Shown here one piece after another: positions 10,102 through 20,825 of a stretch of DNA of 64,000 bases (the stretch's first letter is position 1; each line of letters opens with the position of its first letter). A model generated the notes under the pieces. The model was given only the letters and a program-made list of their open reading frames with translations, was not told where the DNA came from and made no database searches. The translations under genes were made by a program, and so were the position numbers. Source of the DNA: Terracidiphilus sp. (GTDB lineage Bacteria; Acidobacteriota; Terriglobia; Terriglobales; Acidobacteriaceae); contig DASXXV010000079.1 of the NCBI GenBank assembly GCA_036502905.1, positions 9,507 to 73,506 on the forward strand, read 5' to 3'.

Positions 10102-13100
10102 ATGCTCAGGAAAAATTTCGTGTACCTGTTGTTCGCGTGCCTCTGTACGATGTTTCCCCTCGGCGCGCGTGCCCAGACTGTGAATGGCGTGATTACGGGG
10201 ACCATTACCGATCCCAGCGGAGCGGTCGTGCCCAACGCCAAGGTGACCATCACCAACACCGGCACCGGGTTGACGCAAAACACCACCACCGGCGCAGGGG
10301 GCGATTATCGCTTCCAGCTTGTCCCGCCGGGAGTCTACACCGTGCAGCTTGAAGCCAGCGGATTCGGCACAGAGAAGGCCAACAACGTCGTGGTGCAGGC
10401 CAGCCAGACGGTTCCCTTCAGCGTCAAGTTAAAGGTCGCCTCGCAATCGCAGCTGATTGAGGTCACCGGACAGGCGCCGCTGGTGCAGACGGAAAGCTCC
10501 GACCTGAACATGCAGGTGGACAACACCACCATTCAGAACATGGCCCTGGTCGATCGTGACGTATTCAGTGAGCTTCCCTTCCTTGCGCCGCAAGCCATGC
10601 CTGGCCTGGACACCACAATCACTGCCGGGGGCGCCCGCGAATCCGGCACTTCGTACATGCTGAACGGCGCCGAGGACAACGACAACTTCGGCGAAGGGTC
10701 GGCGAACATTCACCCTCCGCTCGAGTCCGTGCAGGACTTCTCCGTTCTCACCAACAATATGAGCGCCGAATTCGGCCGCGGCATGGGCGCACTCATTACT
10801 GCGAACCAGAAAGCGGGCAGCAACAAGTTTCACGGCGTGGTGTATGAATTCAATCGCAATGCTTCGTTAAACGCCAACGACTACTTCTACAACCAGAATT
10901 ACAGCTCCGATCCGACCACTTTTCCCAAGAAGCCCAAATACATCCGCAACCAGTTCGGGGGTGAAGTCGACGGCCCGATCTACAAGGATCGGACATTTTT
11001 TGCCGGCGCCTACGATCGCACCAAGCTACTGTCGGGCTACACCGCGGCTCATACCTTTGTGCCCACGACGGCGGCCATCGCTTTTCTGCAGGCCAATGGG
11101 GGACCGCTCGCGCAGGAAGTCCTCGGCGCACGACCCCCAGTTACCTCCGACAATGCATGTCCGGGGCTCGATGGAACGGGGGTCGGCACAGACGCCTCCG
11201 GGCTCCCGTTTACGGTGGGCTGCCTGTCGTTCTTCGACCCGCAGAACGACACCATCGATGCCTATTTCGGCCGGGTGGATCAAAACTTCGGCCACGCCGA
11301 TCGCCTGAGCTTCATTGCCAACATCTACCGCGAGTTCTATAACGATCAGTTCGGCGGCGGACCCCTTACCACCAAAGGGGCGATTGCAAACAACACGACC
11401 AACCACTTTCACAATCTGACCCTCGTTGAGACCCATACTTTCGGAACCAGGGTGGTGAATGAGGCGACCCTCGGTCACAACCGGCACTACAACGTCGCGG
11501 TTGAAGGCAGCGGCGTCAAGGACACGCTTCCCAACATTTACGTGGACGAACAGAACGAAGGGTACTTGTCCTACCAAATCGGAGGCAACTACGAGGGCGG
11601 AAACCTTTCCAACTTCACGCAGGACCGGTGGAGTTTCCAGGACAACCTGTCGGTGCTGATGGGCAAGCACTCGTTCAAGTTCGGGGGCGGAACCCAGTAT
11701 GGAATTCTCTATCGTGACTGGGACCTGGGCTCGCCCGGACAGTACGAATTTGGAGAACTGATTTCGGTCAACGGCACGTGCCCGGCCTGCTCGGTGATTA
11801 CGCCGGCGACCGACCCCAACGGAAGCACGCTGCAGCCGGACGGCTCCATCGCCAACTTGCAGGATGAAACTCTCACCAGCTTCGCCGGCGATTATCCATA
11901 TTTTTCGGAGACGTCGATCGATCCACGCACCGGCGGCACGGCGAACGCCTATCGGCATTATATGAACCACGACTATTATGTGTTTGTGCAGGACGACTGG
12001 AAGGCCACGCCCCGGCTGACCCTGAACCTCGGGTTGCGCTGGGACCGTTATGGGGCTCCCACCGAGGCGCACAACATCATTTCCCAGTTAATCAATTTCA
12101 ACAGCTGCAACTATCTCGAGGCGTCCTGCCTGGCAACTCTGCGGGTGGGCCCCGTTTCCAGCATGTGGCCGACGAAGAACCATGACTTCGGTCCGCGCAT
12201 CGGTTTTGCCTTCGACCCCTCCGGCAATCACAAAATGGCGATCCGCGGCGGTTGGGGCGTCATGTACGACCGCATCTTCGATAACATCTGGTCCAACGGG
12301 GCCTGGAACCCGCCGTTTTATGCCCTGGCCGATTTTCAAGGTGATGCCGGCGACGCCATTTACTACTCCAATCCCGCGTCCATCGGGCCCACCTACAATC
12401 CCAACGGCCCATGCGGCCAGATTCCGAACGCCGCAACCGACACCTGCACCGGCCACCGCGCCGCTCTTCGAACTATGGACCGCAACATGCACGACTCCTC
12501 CGGGCAGAGCTTTTATCTCAGCGTGGAGCGCGAGGTTCCCGGCAACCTGCTGGGGCGAATCCAGTACCAGGCAGAGCTGGGAAGACACCTGCCCATGCTT
12601 CAGAACCTGAACAGGGTGGACGGCGACGCCGCCAACTCCAGGCTTTCTCCGGTGCCGCCCAACCCACTCTATAACGGGTTCAACTACCGCTCCAACAGCG
12701 TCTCCTCCAACTACCACTCGCTCATCCTGCAGGCCCAGAAGCGCATGAGCAATGGCCTCCAGTTCGACACCAGCTACACCTATTCGAAATTGCTGGACGT
12801 GAACTCCGAGCTGTTCGCCGGCTGCTCTACCATCGGCGGTCAGAGCGCACCGTACTACTACATCACCAACAAGAACACCAAAACCGAGTACGGACGCGGT
12901 TCCTTTGATCATCGCGGCGCATTCAAGCTGAACGCGGTGTACGAATTGCCGTTCTTCAAGGCGGAAAAAGGCATTGTGGGACACGCGCTCGGCGGCTGGC
13001 ATATGGGAGGTTTCTACCAGTTCTACACGGGTCACCCGGTTGAGGTCTGGGACGGACGTTCTCGGAAAGCCGCCCGCGATGCCAACGGTGCAAAGGTGCT

Positions 13101-13620
13101 GGATCGCAACGGAATTCCGTACAACATCGGCGGTGATTACAACCTGGATGGCACGGCCAACGATCGCCCCGACTTTATCGGCACCAACCTGAAGAGCGTC
13201 TATACCCACGGCGATCCGGCTAAAGGCATTTTCAAGGACGGCAGCCCCATCGGATCCTGCGCTTCCTGGGTTCCTTCAAATGTGGCCAACTGCTCGAGCG
13301 GAAACTCCTTGTTCGAGACGCCGCCGTATCCGTCGTCGGGACCGACCTACGAGCGCTTCGGCACGCTGGGCCGAGACGTCTTTACGGGGCCGAGCTTTGC
13401 GCAGATAGATCTGAGCGTGGGCAAATCGTTCAAGCTGACCGAGCGCACGGTCCTGGACTTCCGCGGTCAGGCCCAGAACCTGGCCAATCATCCCAATTTC
13501 GATGCCGTCACCGGAAACCTAAGCAGCTCGAAATTCGGTCAGGCGCAGCAACTGGTGCCCTTCGGACTCGGTGAGCCCAAATCTCGCGTGATGTCCCTCG
13601 GCGCCCGACTCGCTTTCTGA
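10102..13620 (+). CDS. TonB-dependent transporter with N-terminal carboxypeptidase-regulatory-like domain (Oar-like)
   Basis: GGAGG RBS, signal peptide, GTITDPSGAVVPNAKV, NKFHG, RNQFGG, QDDWK…LNLGLRWD, C-terminal aromatic residue (…ARLAF). Confidence 0.93.
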   Translation: MLRKNFVYLLFACLCTMFPLGARAQTVNGVITGTITDPSGAVVPNAKVTITNTGTGLTQNTTTGAGGDYRFQLVPPGVYTVQLEASGFGTEKANNVVVQASQTVPFSVKLKVASQSQLIEVTGQAPLVQTESSDLNMQVDNTTIQNMALVDRDVFSELPFLAPQAMPGLDTTITAGGARESGTSYMLNGAEDNDNFGEGSANIHPPLESVQDFSVLTNNMSAEFGRGMGALITANQKAGSNKFHGVVYEFNRNASLNANDYFYNQNYSSDPTTFPKKPKYIRNQFGGEVDGPIYKDRTFFAGAYDRTKLLSGYTAAHTFVPTTAAIAFLQANGGPLAQEVLGARPPVTSDNACPGLDGTGVGTDASGLPFTVGCLSFFDPQNDTIDAYFGRVDQNFGHADRLSFIANIYREFYNDQFGGGPLTTKGAIANNTTNHFHNLTLVETHTFGTRVVNEATLGHNRHYNVAVEGSGVKDTLPNIYVDEQNEGYLSYQIGGNYEGGNLSNFTQDRWSFQDNLSVLMGKHSFKFGGGTQYGILYRDWDLGSPGQYEFGELISVNGTCPACSVITPATDPNGSTLQPDGSIANLQDETLTSFAGDYPYFSETSIDPRTGGTANAYRHYMNHDYYVFVQDDWKATPRLTLNLGLRWDRYGAPTEAHNIISQLINFNSCNYLEASCLATLRVGPVSSMWPTKNHDFGPRIGFAFDPSGNHKMAIRGGWGVMYDRIFDNIWSNGAWNPPFYALADFQGDAGDAIYYSNPASIGPTYNPNGPCGQIPNAATDTCTGHRAALRTMDRNMHDSSGQSFYLSVEREVPGNLLGRIQYQAELGRHLPMLQNLNRVDGDAANSRLSPVPPNPLYNGFNYRSNSVSSNYHSLILQAQKRMSNGLQFDTSYTYSKLLDVNSELFAGCSTIGGQSAPYYYITNKNTKTEYGRGSFDHRGAFKLNAVYELPFFKAEKGIVGHALGGWHMGGFYQFYTGHPVEVWDGRSRKAARDANGAKVLDRNGIPYNIGGDYNLDGTANDRPDFIGTNLKSVYTHGDPAKGIFKDGSPIGSCASWVPSNVANCSSGNSLFETPPYPSSGPTYERFGTLGRDVFTGPSFAQIDLSVGKSFKLTERTVLDFRGQAQNLANHPNFDAVTGNLSSSKFGQAQQLVPFGLGEPKSRVMSLGARLAF

Positions 13621-13651
13621 GGCGAATCGCAACCGGCCAGTGACTCAACTG

Positions 13652-13683
13652 CGAAGCCCCAGGGGGGAACCCCTGGGGCTTCG
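13652..13683. terminator. GC-rich hairpin, probably a bidirectional terminator between convergent genes
   Basis: CGAAGCCCCAGGGG-loop-CCCCTGGGGCTTCG. Confidence 0.75.
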
Positions 13684-13736
13684 GTCTTAGTGCGCAAAAA
13701 GGCGCCATCGGCTTTGAAGTTCAGATCGGATGCCGC

Positions 13737-14360
13737 TCAGGCGGTCATGACGACTTCGCGCAGCGTGACTGTCCCGATGCCACGAGTCGCCGGTCTCGCC
13801 ATGGTCTGCACTCCTGGCGGGAAGAGAAGCTCCTCGATCCGCACCATGGAGAACAGCCAGTTCGAGGGCAGAGCCTCGATGGACGTGGCGTCGGTTTCCG
13901 GCGAGGTCCAGTCGTATTGCTCTTGCAGGACCGGCTGGCCGGTGCGCTCGGCGCTTTCGCGCATGCGGCGCGCGATGTCCGCCGGCGTTGCCAGGTAAAT
14001 CCGCGGCAACTGGTTCAGGCTGACGCCCTCAAACTGAACCAGGCAATAGACGGTGCGCTCGCCATGCGTGTCCAGCCACATGCGGATGGCATGGGGAACG
14101 TCGGGCTTTTTGGTGTTGGCATGCGCCGCCCGCAGTAAATAGGATTCGGCCAGTCCCCAGCGGCCATCGTCGCTGGCTTTCACCCCGATCTTCAGGAGGT
14201 TTCCTCCCTTGGTAATGACCAGGTCATACCAGGGCTTGTCGGGACCGGCCTGGATCATCACATCGAATCCGCAGCGGGCAAACTGGGCGGCAGCTACTCC
14301 CGTGGCTGCCACCGTCAGCCAAGAACCGGGCTTGACCGGCGAGGCGACTTGGAACGGCAT
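13737..14360 (-). CDS. Hypothetical protein, PD-(D/E)XK nuclease-like fold with apparently degenerate active site
   Basis: Helix-GFDV…PWYDLVITKG…KIGVKAS pattern; RBS GAGGAG upstream of ATG 14360. Confidence 0.55.
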   Translation of the reverse strand: MPFQVASPVKPGSWLTVAATGVAAAQFARCGFDVMIQAGPDKPWYDLVITKGGNLLKIGVKASDDGRWGLAESYLLRAAHANTKKPDVPHAIRMWLDTHGERTVYCLVQFEGVSLNQLPRIYLATPADIARRMRESAERTGQPVLQEQYDWTSPETDATSIEALPSNWLFSMVRIEELLFPPGVQTMARPATRGIGTVTLREVVMTA

Positions 14361-14854
14361 CTTTACTCTCCTCGGATGGGCGGTGGGGCACCGATGGCCA
14401 AGCTTTTGACCGGTTTTCGCTTCGCGGAATCTGTCCGGCCGGGCGGGACCACCGCAAAGCAAAGAGCCCTTAAGACCCATGAAACCACTAAGTTAATTTG
14501 CTCCCCGAGCAGGACCGTATTACCGCACCCGAACGCATATCCCGCCACTCCCTCCGGATTAGGTACATGTGTCCTGATCAGATAGTTTTTTATAGACATG
14601 TTCTTTCTTTGGTGTATGTGCGATTAGTCACATAGTCAGATAACTAATGCAACGTTACCAAAGGCACTCCCGGTTGGGAATACCCTTTTCGGTAATCCCC
14701 GGACGCTCTTCCCGCGCAATTCATTTCCAATTCATCTTGGTCGTGTATCCGTTGCTAGTCCGGCATTCCCGGCGGCTCCGAGTGCCCACGGTTGCCGGGC
14801 TTTGCCCCTTTGCCTTCCGGACTCAATTCCATTCCTTCCCCTGGAGCTTCCCAC

Positions 14855-16480
14855 ATGGCTGATATCGCAACGTCGGTAGAAGTTCACCCTCAGGGAGCAT
14901 CGCTCCTTGACAAGAAGATGAAGAAGACGCCGGGTTGGATCAGCGGCGCTATCGTCCTGGTCGCTCTGGCGGGCGGGCTGGCCTACGTCGGCTTTCACGT
15001 GGCCGGAGACCTGGGCAATGTGACCCTGGGCAGCGCGTGGCCGTATGTGCTGCTGGCAACGGCGCTGGCCATCGCCCTGGCATTCGAGTTTGTGAACGGG
15101 TTCCACGACACGGCGAATGCGGTCGCCACCGTGATCTACACCCATTCGCTGGAGCCCAACATAGCGGTAGTGTGGTCGGGGCTGTGCAACCTGACGGGCG
15201 TTCTAACCTCGGCGGGGACTGTGGCTTTCACGATCATCACTCTTTTGCCGGTGGAGCTGATTTTGAAGGTAAGCTCCGGTGCCGGCTTCGCCATGGTCTT
15301 CTCGCTGCTGATCGCGGCGATCCTGTGGAACCTGGGCACGTGGTACCTGGGCCTGCCGGCCTCCAGCACGCATACCATGACCGGCTCCATCATCGGGGTG
15401 GGCGTGGCCAACCAGTTGCTCGCGAATTCCGCCGAGGGCACATCGGGGGTCGACTGGGAACAGGCAATGAAGGTATTCAAGGTGCTGCTGATCTCTCCGC
15501 TGGTCGGGTTCGGATGTGCGGCACTGCTCTTCCTGATCTCGAAGGCGCTGATCAAGTATCCCGAGCTCTACACCGCCCCCAAGGACAACACGCCCCCGCC
15601 GTTCCCCATCCGCGTGCTCCTGGTGCTCACCTGCACCGGAGTGAGCTTCTTCCACGGCTCGAACGACGGCCAGAAGGGCATGGGCCTGATCATGCTGATC
15701 CTGATCGGCACCGTTCCGACGGCCTACGCGCTGAACCATGCCGTGACCCCGCATGACATCCAGGATTTTATCGCTGCGTCGGAGAGGGCCGTCTCGATCG
15801 TTGACGCACACGTGGACCGCGAGGCGATTCTCGGACCGGATGCGCGCGCAGAATTGACTGACTATCTCCGCACCAAGAAGGTCCAGCCAGTGACCATGAC
15901 GGCCCTGCGTGAGCTGATCCGCGATCTCGAGGGAGACGTGAGGGCTTACGGAGATTACAAAAGCGTTCCGGCGGGACAGCAGACCAACGTCCGGAACGAC
16001 ATGTATGTCACCAGCGAAGCGCTGCGCCTGATGGCCAAGAACCACCAGGGGAATTTCAGCGCCGACGAAACCGCCGCGCTGAAGAACTACAAATCGAAGG
16101 TGGACAAGGCCACCAAGTTCATTCCGTCCTGGGTCAAGGTGGCGGTAGCCCTGGCTCTTGGATTAGGCACAATGGTGGGTTGGAAGCGCATCGTGGTCAC
16201 GGTAGGCGAGCGCATCGGCAAGGAGCACCTGACCTACGCTCAGGGCGCGACCGCGGAGTTGGTAGCGATGGTCACTATTTTCGCCGCGGACAACTGGGGA
16301 TTGCCGGTCAGCACCACGCACGTGTTGAGCTCTGGGGTGGCGGGCACTATGGCCGCCAACAAGAGCGGCCTGCAGTTTTCCACGATCCGGAACATTGCCG
16401 CGGCCTGGGTCTTCACCCTGCCGGCGGCAGCATTGCTGTCTGGCCTCCTGTTCGCGCTATTCCGCAGCTTCGCCGGCTAG
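14855..16480 (+). CDS. pitA: Inorganic phosphate transporter, PiT family (PitA-like)
   Basis: NGFHDTANAVAT and HGSNDGQKGMG signatures, GLPASSTH, LPVSTTHVLSSG. Confidence 0.93.
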   Translation: MADIATSVEVHPQGASLLDKKMKKTPGWISGAIVLVALAGGLAYVGFHVAGDLGNVTLGSAWPYVLLATALAIALAFEFVNGFHDTANAVATVIYTHSLEPNIAVVWSGLCNLTGVLTSAGTVAFTIITLLPVELILKVSSGAGFAMVFSLLIAAILWNLGTWYLGLPASSTHTMTGSIIGVGVANQLLANSAEGTSGVDWEQAMKVFKVLLISPLVGFGCAALLFLISKALIKYPELYTAPKDNTPPPFPIRVLLVLTCTGVSFFHGSNDGQKGMGLIMLILIGTVPTAYALNHAVTPHDIQDFIAASERAVSIVDAHVDREAILGPDARAELTDYLRTKKVQPVTMTALRELIRDLEGDVRAYGDYKSVPAGQQTNVRNDMYVTSEALRLMAKNHQGNFSADETAALKNYKSKVDKATKFIPSWVKVAVALALGLGTMVGWKRIVVTVGERIGKEHLTYAQGATAELVAMVTIFAADNWGLPVSTTHVLSSGVAGTMAANKSGLQFSTIRNIAAAWVFTLPAAALLSGLLFALFRSFAG

Positions 16481-16503
16481 AAGGTACCCGCCGATTTTTC
16501 CTG

Positions 16504-16539
16504 AGAAGGCGTCCGCACCTGCGGGCGCCTTCTTGTTTC
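16504..16539 (+). terminator. Rho-independent terminator after pit
   Basis: AGAAGGCGTCCGCA-loop-TGCGGGCGCCTTCT followed by TGTTT. Confidence 0.7.
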
Positions 16540-16633
16540 CTCCTAGCTTCGATCTCGGCGGCGAATTGCACCGCTCCATGGCGCACCCGGGGGCACCGCG
16601 TTCCGTTACCATAACGGAGGTGCCTACTGCGGA

Positions 16634-17914
16634 ATGAGCCTGAAAGCCAAGCTGGAAGCTGTGATTTATGCTGCGGACGAGCCGGTCACCCTGAACCAGC
16701 TCGCCGCCTTGTTTGCTGCCGACGCCCTGGAATGGAAAGCGGCGCAGGAGGCCGCTGCCGCCGAGCAAACGGCAGAAGTGGCCGGAGTTTTGCCTGATGC
16801 CGCGCAACCGTTGCCGCTGATCGTGCAGGTCCAGGAAGGGGCGCCGTCCGCTGAACCCGGGACTGAGCGAGAGGCAGAGCCCGTTTCAAGAAACGGTGAG
16901 TCCCAGCCTCGAACCGAGAAGGCCTGGGAAGCCCCGGGTGCGCCCGAGTCCGACGCGCCAGAAGCCAACGAAGTGGTATCGATCGGCGAGGCAGAGGCTT
17001 ACCCCTCCATCCCGGTGGAGCCCGAAGAAACCGCGCCTCCCTCGGATGCCGTACCCGACTCGGCCCCCCCAGACCCCGAGAGTGAAGCCAGGCGCCTGAC
17101 CCGGCAGAAGGATCGCGAAGTCAAGGTGGTTCTCAAGCAATTGCTCGACGAGCTGATTGCCGGATTCCAGGCCGACAGTCGCGGGGTGGAGATACGCGAG
17201 ATCGCGGGTGGTTATCGCATGGCCACCAAGCCAGAATGCCATGACGCCGTGCGCCTGTTCGTAAAGAGCCTGAAGCCGCCGCTTAAGCTCTCCCTGCCGG
17301 CCCTGGAAACCCTTGCCGTGATCGCCTACAAGCAGCCCGTGACCTCACCCGAGGTCAGCGAGATCCGCGGCGTGGAGTCGGCCGGGGTGCTCGGCTCACT
17401 TCTGGCGCGAAAACTCATCGCCACAGCGGGACGAAAGCCGGTCATCGGGCGTCCCATACTTTATAAGACGACCAAGGAGTTCCTGCTCCGATTCGGGCTG
17501 AAGGACGTCTCCGAGCTGCCCTCGATGGAGGAATTCGAGAAGATGGCGGCCACCGAACTGGACATGGAGCCGGAAGTTGCCGAGGCCGAAAGGACGGCTG
17601 AGAGCGCGGAGGCCTTCTCAATAGAGTCCCCGACTGCGGAGCAAAACGAAGAAGCAAATCTGGAATCCAATTCGCTGAGCGGAGAGGAGCGCGCCGGCGC
17701 CGCCGAAACCGCTGACGAGCCCGAAAGCGCAGTCCCTGAAGCAACCGGCCTGGCGACTCCGGAGCCTTCGGAAACTTCTGCAATGACGGTAAACGCGCAG
17801 GCTGATAAGAGCGCACAGGCTGAGTCCGGAGCGGCCGAATCCGGCGGAGAACAGGAAATCGAGGCGACATCCCATGCCCAGGAAAGCCACCAGCAAAGCG
17901 AAAAAGAAGGCTGA
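16634..17914 (+). CDS. scpB: SMC-Scp complex subunit ScpB with long acidic insertion and tail
   Basis: LEAVIYAADEPV, REIAGGYRMAT, LSLPALETLAVIAYKQPVT…IRGV, GRPILYKTTKEFLLRFGL. Confidence 0.93.
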   Translation: MSLKAKLEAVIYAADEPVTLNQLAALFAADALEWKAAQEAAAAEQTAEVAGVLPDAAQPLPLIVQVQEGAPSAEPGTEREAEPVSRNGESQPRTEKAWEAPGAPESDAPEANEVVSIGEAEAYPSIPVEPEETAPPSDAVPDSAPPDPESEARRLTRQKDREVKVVLKQLLDELIAGFQADSRGVEIREIAGGYRMATKPECHDAVRLFVKSLKPPLKLSLPALETLAVIAYKQPVTSPEVSEIRGVESAGVLGSLLARKLIATAGRKPVIGRPILYKTTKEFLLRFGLKDVSELPSMEEFEKMAATELDMEPEVAEAERTAESAEAFSIESPTAEQNEEANLESNSLSGEERAGAAETADEPESAVPEATGLATPEPSETSAMTVNAQADKSAQAESGAAESGGEQEIEATSHAQESHQQSEKEG

Positions 17915-19877
17915 TGTAGAGGCGATCGAAATAGACATCGCCGAACTTCCCACCCCGCACGAGCCAGACGAACCCGAAATGAGTGCCGCGTCGAGTTCGG
18001 GAAGCGCCGCGCTCGGTGAACCGCCGGCAAAAGCCATGACCCCGATTGCTTCGCACGGCGAGGCTGAGGCGATTGCCGAGGCTGCAGATACGTTCGAACA
18101 GGCTTACGAGGATCGTCTGCCTCTGGAACGGCATGAGCCGCCTGCCGAGGATGTGGATGCGCCGGAGTTGAAAGTGGCGGAATCAGGGCGAGCCCGCCAG
18201 AAAACCAAAGCTCCCAAACCGGTGCCAGTCGGCGACACTTCACCTCCCAAACCGGTGCCGACCGGCGACACTGCGGAGGAATTCACGCCGGAGGAGCGCC
18301 CACCTGTCCGACTCGAACGCCTGCAGAAGATCCTTTCCCAGGCAGGCATTGCCAGCCGTCGTCATGCGGAAGAAATGATCGCAGAGGGACGGGTACAGGT
18401 GAACGGCAAGGTTGTTACCGAGCTGGGCACCAAGGCCGACGCCGGCCGGGACCACATTCGCGTGGATGGAAAGCTCATCCAAGGCGCTGAACGCCAGCGC
18501 TATTTCGTTCTCAACAAGCCGCGCGGATACGTGACCACCGTGAGCGACCCAGAGGGCCGGCCCACGGTGATGGAGTTCTTCAAGAAGATGGGCGAACGGC
18601 TCTACCCGGTCGGACGGCTGGATTACCAGAGTGAAGGGCTCCTGCTTGTAACCAACGACGGCGACCTGGCCAACAAGCTGACCAAGGCCGCAACCGGCGT
18701 GGAGAAGACTTACCTGGTAAAAGTCAGCGGCCAGCCAACCGCCGAAGAGCTCGACCAACTGCGCGAGGGTGTAGCCATCGATCGCACGCAGCCAGGAGGA
18801 GACCGGGTGCAAACCGCGCCCGCGGCCATTCGGGAGGTCCGCAGCGGCGACAATCCCTGGTACGAAGTGGTGCTCACGGAGGGCCGCAATCGCGAACTGC
18901 GCAAGATGTTCGAGGAGATCGGGCATCGTGTGGAAAAAATCCGGCGCGTCGGGTACGGGCCGCTGGTGCTGGACGTGGAGCCCGGCCAGTTGCGCGAGCT
19001 CGATGCCGACGAACTGGCAAAACTGCGGCTCGCGGCCGACGGCAAATGGCGCAAGCCCAAGCCCAGACCCAATCCGAAAGAGGATCGGCGGGAAGCCGGC
19101 CGCCGCGGGTCACCGCGCGAAGCAAAATTTGGCAGACCGGGCAGGCCCGAGGAGCGAGGCCGCGCACGGCCGGACGATCGCGCCGGAGTGCGTCAGGATC
19201 GCAGAAGACCGCCGCAGCGCACCGGAGAGTGGAAAAGGCCGGCAGCGCAGGGCGAGAACTTACAACGCTCCCGCCCGAAGGTTTCCGACCGGGCACAGGA
19301 TTCCGTTCGTCCGCCCAGAGGCGAGTGGCGACCTGGCGGGGGCAAGCCGGATCGGCAGCGCCAGGCGGACAGGGGAGGCGCCGTTCGCCGGGATCGCCCC
19401 AGAGAAGACGCTGGTCGGCGGGAAGCCGGTTCGCGTCCCGCGGAAAGTCGGCCTCGCTTTGAAGATCGTTCCAGGTTCCAGGATCGTGCGAGACAGGATC
19501 GTGCGAGACAGGACCGCCCGAGAGCGAACCGTGCCAGATTTGACAGTCGCGAGGACCGGCGCAAGCCGGGTGACCGGACAACCTCACGGCCGCCCCGGCC
19601 CGAAGCCACCGGTTCCAGTGAGCGGTTCGCGCCTTCGCGGCCAAGCACATCGAGACCCGGAGGGGCAACCGGAAGGAAGGACGGCGAATTGCGAGGCGCG
19701 CGCACCGGCACGTCCCGAGGCGGTACGCCCCGAAGCGGTGGGCGCAATGCCGGCAGGCCAAATCGCGCCTCCGGAACTGGTAGCGGCAGGCCACCGTTTA
19801 AAAAGCCATCAGGGAGAAGCGGCTCGGCTCGGGAAAGGTCGAATCCCCGGGGCGGCCCGCGCAAGCGGCGGGATTGA
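17874..19877 (+). CDS. rluB: 23S rRNA pseudouridine synthase (RluB/RsuA family) with S4 domain and long disordered termini
   Basis: RLQKILSQAGIASRR S4 domain, LNKPRG, VGRLDYQSEGLLLVTNDG, EGRNRELRKM; follows scpB. Confidence 0.88.
   Translation: MPRKATSKAKKKADVEAIEIDIAELPTPHEPDEPEMSAASSSGSAALGEPPAKAMTPIASHGEAEAIAEAADTFEQAYEDRLPLERHEPPAEDVDAPELKVAESGRARQKTKAPKPVPVGDTSPPKPVPTGDTAEEFTPEERPPVRLERLQKILSQAGIASRRHAEEMIAEGRVQVNGKVVTELGTKADAGRDHIRVDGKLIQGAERQRYFVLNKPRGYVTTVSDPEGRPTVMEFFKKMGERLYPVGRLDYQSEGLLLVTNDGDLANKLTKAATGVEKTYLVKVSGQPTAEELDQLREGVAIDRTQPGGDRVQTAPAAIREVRSGDNPWYEVVLTEGRNRELRKMFEEIGHRVEKIRRVGYGPLVLDVEPGQLRELDADELAKLRLAADGKWRKPKPRPNPKEDRREAGRRGSPREAKFGRPGRPEERGRARPDDRAGVRQDRRRPPQRTGEWKRPAAQGENLQRSRPKVSDRAQDSVRPPRGEWRPGGGKPDRQRQADRGGAVRRDRPREDAGRREAGSRPAESRPRFEDRSRFQDRARQDRARQDRPRANRARFDSREDRRKPGDRTTSRPPRPEATGSSERFAPSRPSTSRPGGATGRKDGELRGARTGTSRGGTPRSGGRNAGRPNRASGTGSGRPPFKKPSGRSGSARERSNPRGGPRKRRD
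18211..18272 (+). repeat. 33-bp tandem duplication in the rluB N-terminal extension (PKPVPxGDT x2)
   Basis: CTCCCAAACCGGTGCC…GGCGACACT at 18211 and 18244. Confidence 0.85.
19479..19523 (+). repeat. 15-bp tandem repeat x3 in the rluB C-terminal tail (QDRAR)
   Basis: CAGGATCGTGCGAGA x2 plus CAGGACCGCCCGAGA. Confidence 0.85.
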
Positions 19878-19889
19878 GGGCGCCGAACA

Positions 19890-20789
19890 TCAGGCTTCGG
19901 CGCGGGCCATTGCCGGGGTGATGTCCCGGGCCGAAACGGGCTGCATGAAATCCAGGGCGCGAAGGAGATAATTCTTCAGGTCGCGGCGATGGACCACGGC
20001 ATCCAGGAAGCCCTTCTCGAGCAGAAACTCCGAACGCTGAAAGCCTTCAGGCAGTTTCTGGCGGATGGTCTGCTCGATCACGCGCGGACCGGCAAAGCCA
20101 ATGAGCGCGCCCGGCTCGGCGATATTCAGATCGCCCAGCATGGCGAAGCTGGCCGTCACGCCCCCCGTGGTGGGATCGGTGAGCACGCAGATATACGGCA
20201 CGCGCGCGTCATCCAGCTGCCCCAGCGCCGTGGATATCTTGGCCATCTGCATGAGGCTCACTACGCCCTCCATCATGCGGGCGCCGCCGGATGCGGCCAC
20301 AATGATAAGGGGCCTGCGGTGCATGCGGGCGCGGTCCACAGCGCGCGCAATGGTCTCGCCCACAACCGCGCCCATCGAGCCGCCGATGAACGCGTACTCC
20401 ATCGCGCTGAGCACCACGTTGTGCGGACCCAGGGCGCCGACCGCGTTGAGAATCGCGTCGTCCAGCCCGGTATCTTCCTGGGCTTTGCGCAGGCGCTGCT
20501 TGTAAGGCTTCACGTCGTGGAAATTGAGGGGATCGGTGGAGCGCAGGCCCTGGTCGACCAGCTCATACCCGGGTTCCAGCAGCAGCTCGATACGTTGGCG
20601 AGCGCCGATTTTGAAGTGATGCTGGCACTTCGGACAGACGTTCAGGTTGGCCTCGAGATCCGGCCTGTAGATCGGCTGGCGGCAGCCGAGGCACTTGACC
20701 CAAAGGCCCTCGGTACGAACTCTCCGCTCGCCATCCCCGTTTTCCGGGGCGGTCGCAACCTCTCCGTTCTCGCGTTTAAACCAGGACAT
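19890..20789 (-). CDS. accD: Acetyl-CoA carboxylase carboxyltransferase beta subunit
   Basis: LWVKC..C zinc finger, FIGGSMG, SGGARMMEG, PTTGGVTASFA, GFQRSEFL. Confidence 0.97.
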   Translation of the reverse strand: MSWFKRENGEVATAPENGDGERRVRTEGLWVKCLGCRQPIYRPDLEANLNVCPKCQHHFKIGARQRIELLLEPGYELVDQGLRSTDPLNFHDVKPYKQRLRKAQEDTGLDDAILNAVGALGPHNVVLSAMEYAFIGGSMGAVVGETIARAVDRARMHRRPLIIVAASGGARMMEGVVSLMQMAKISTALGQLDDARVPYICVLTDPTTGGVTASFAMLGDLNIAEPGALIGFAGPRVIEQTIRQKLPEGFQRSEFLLEKGFLDAVVHRRDLKNYLLRALDFMQPVSARDITPAMARAEA

Positions 20790-20825
20790 AGGCCACGGCT
20801 ATTGTAAATGACGGAAGTCGTAACC

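Noticed and set aside
14570-14720. Pho box upstream of pit
   Set aside because: The TAGTCA repeats are 8 nt apart, not the 11-nt period of PhoB boxes.
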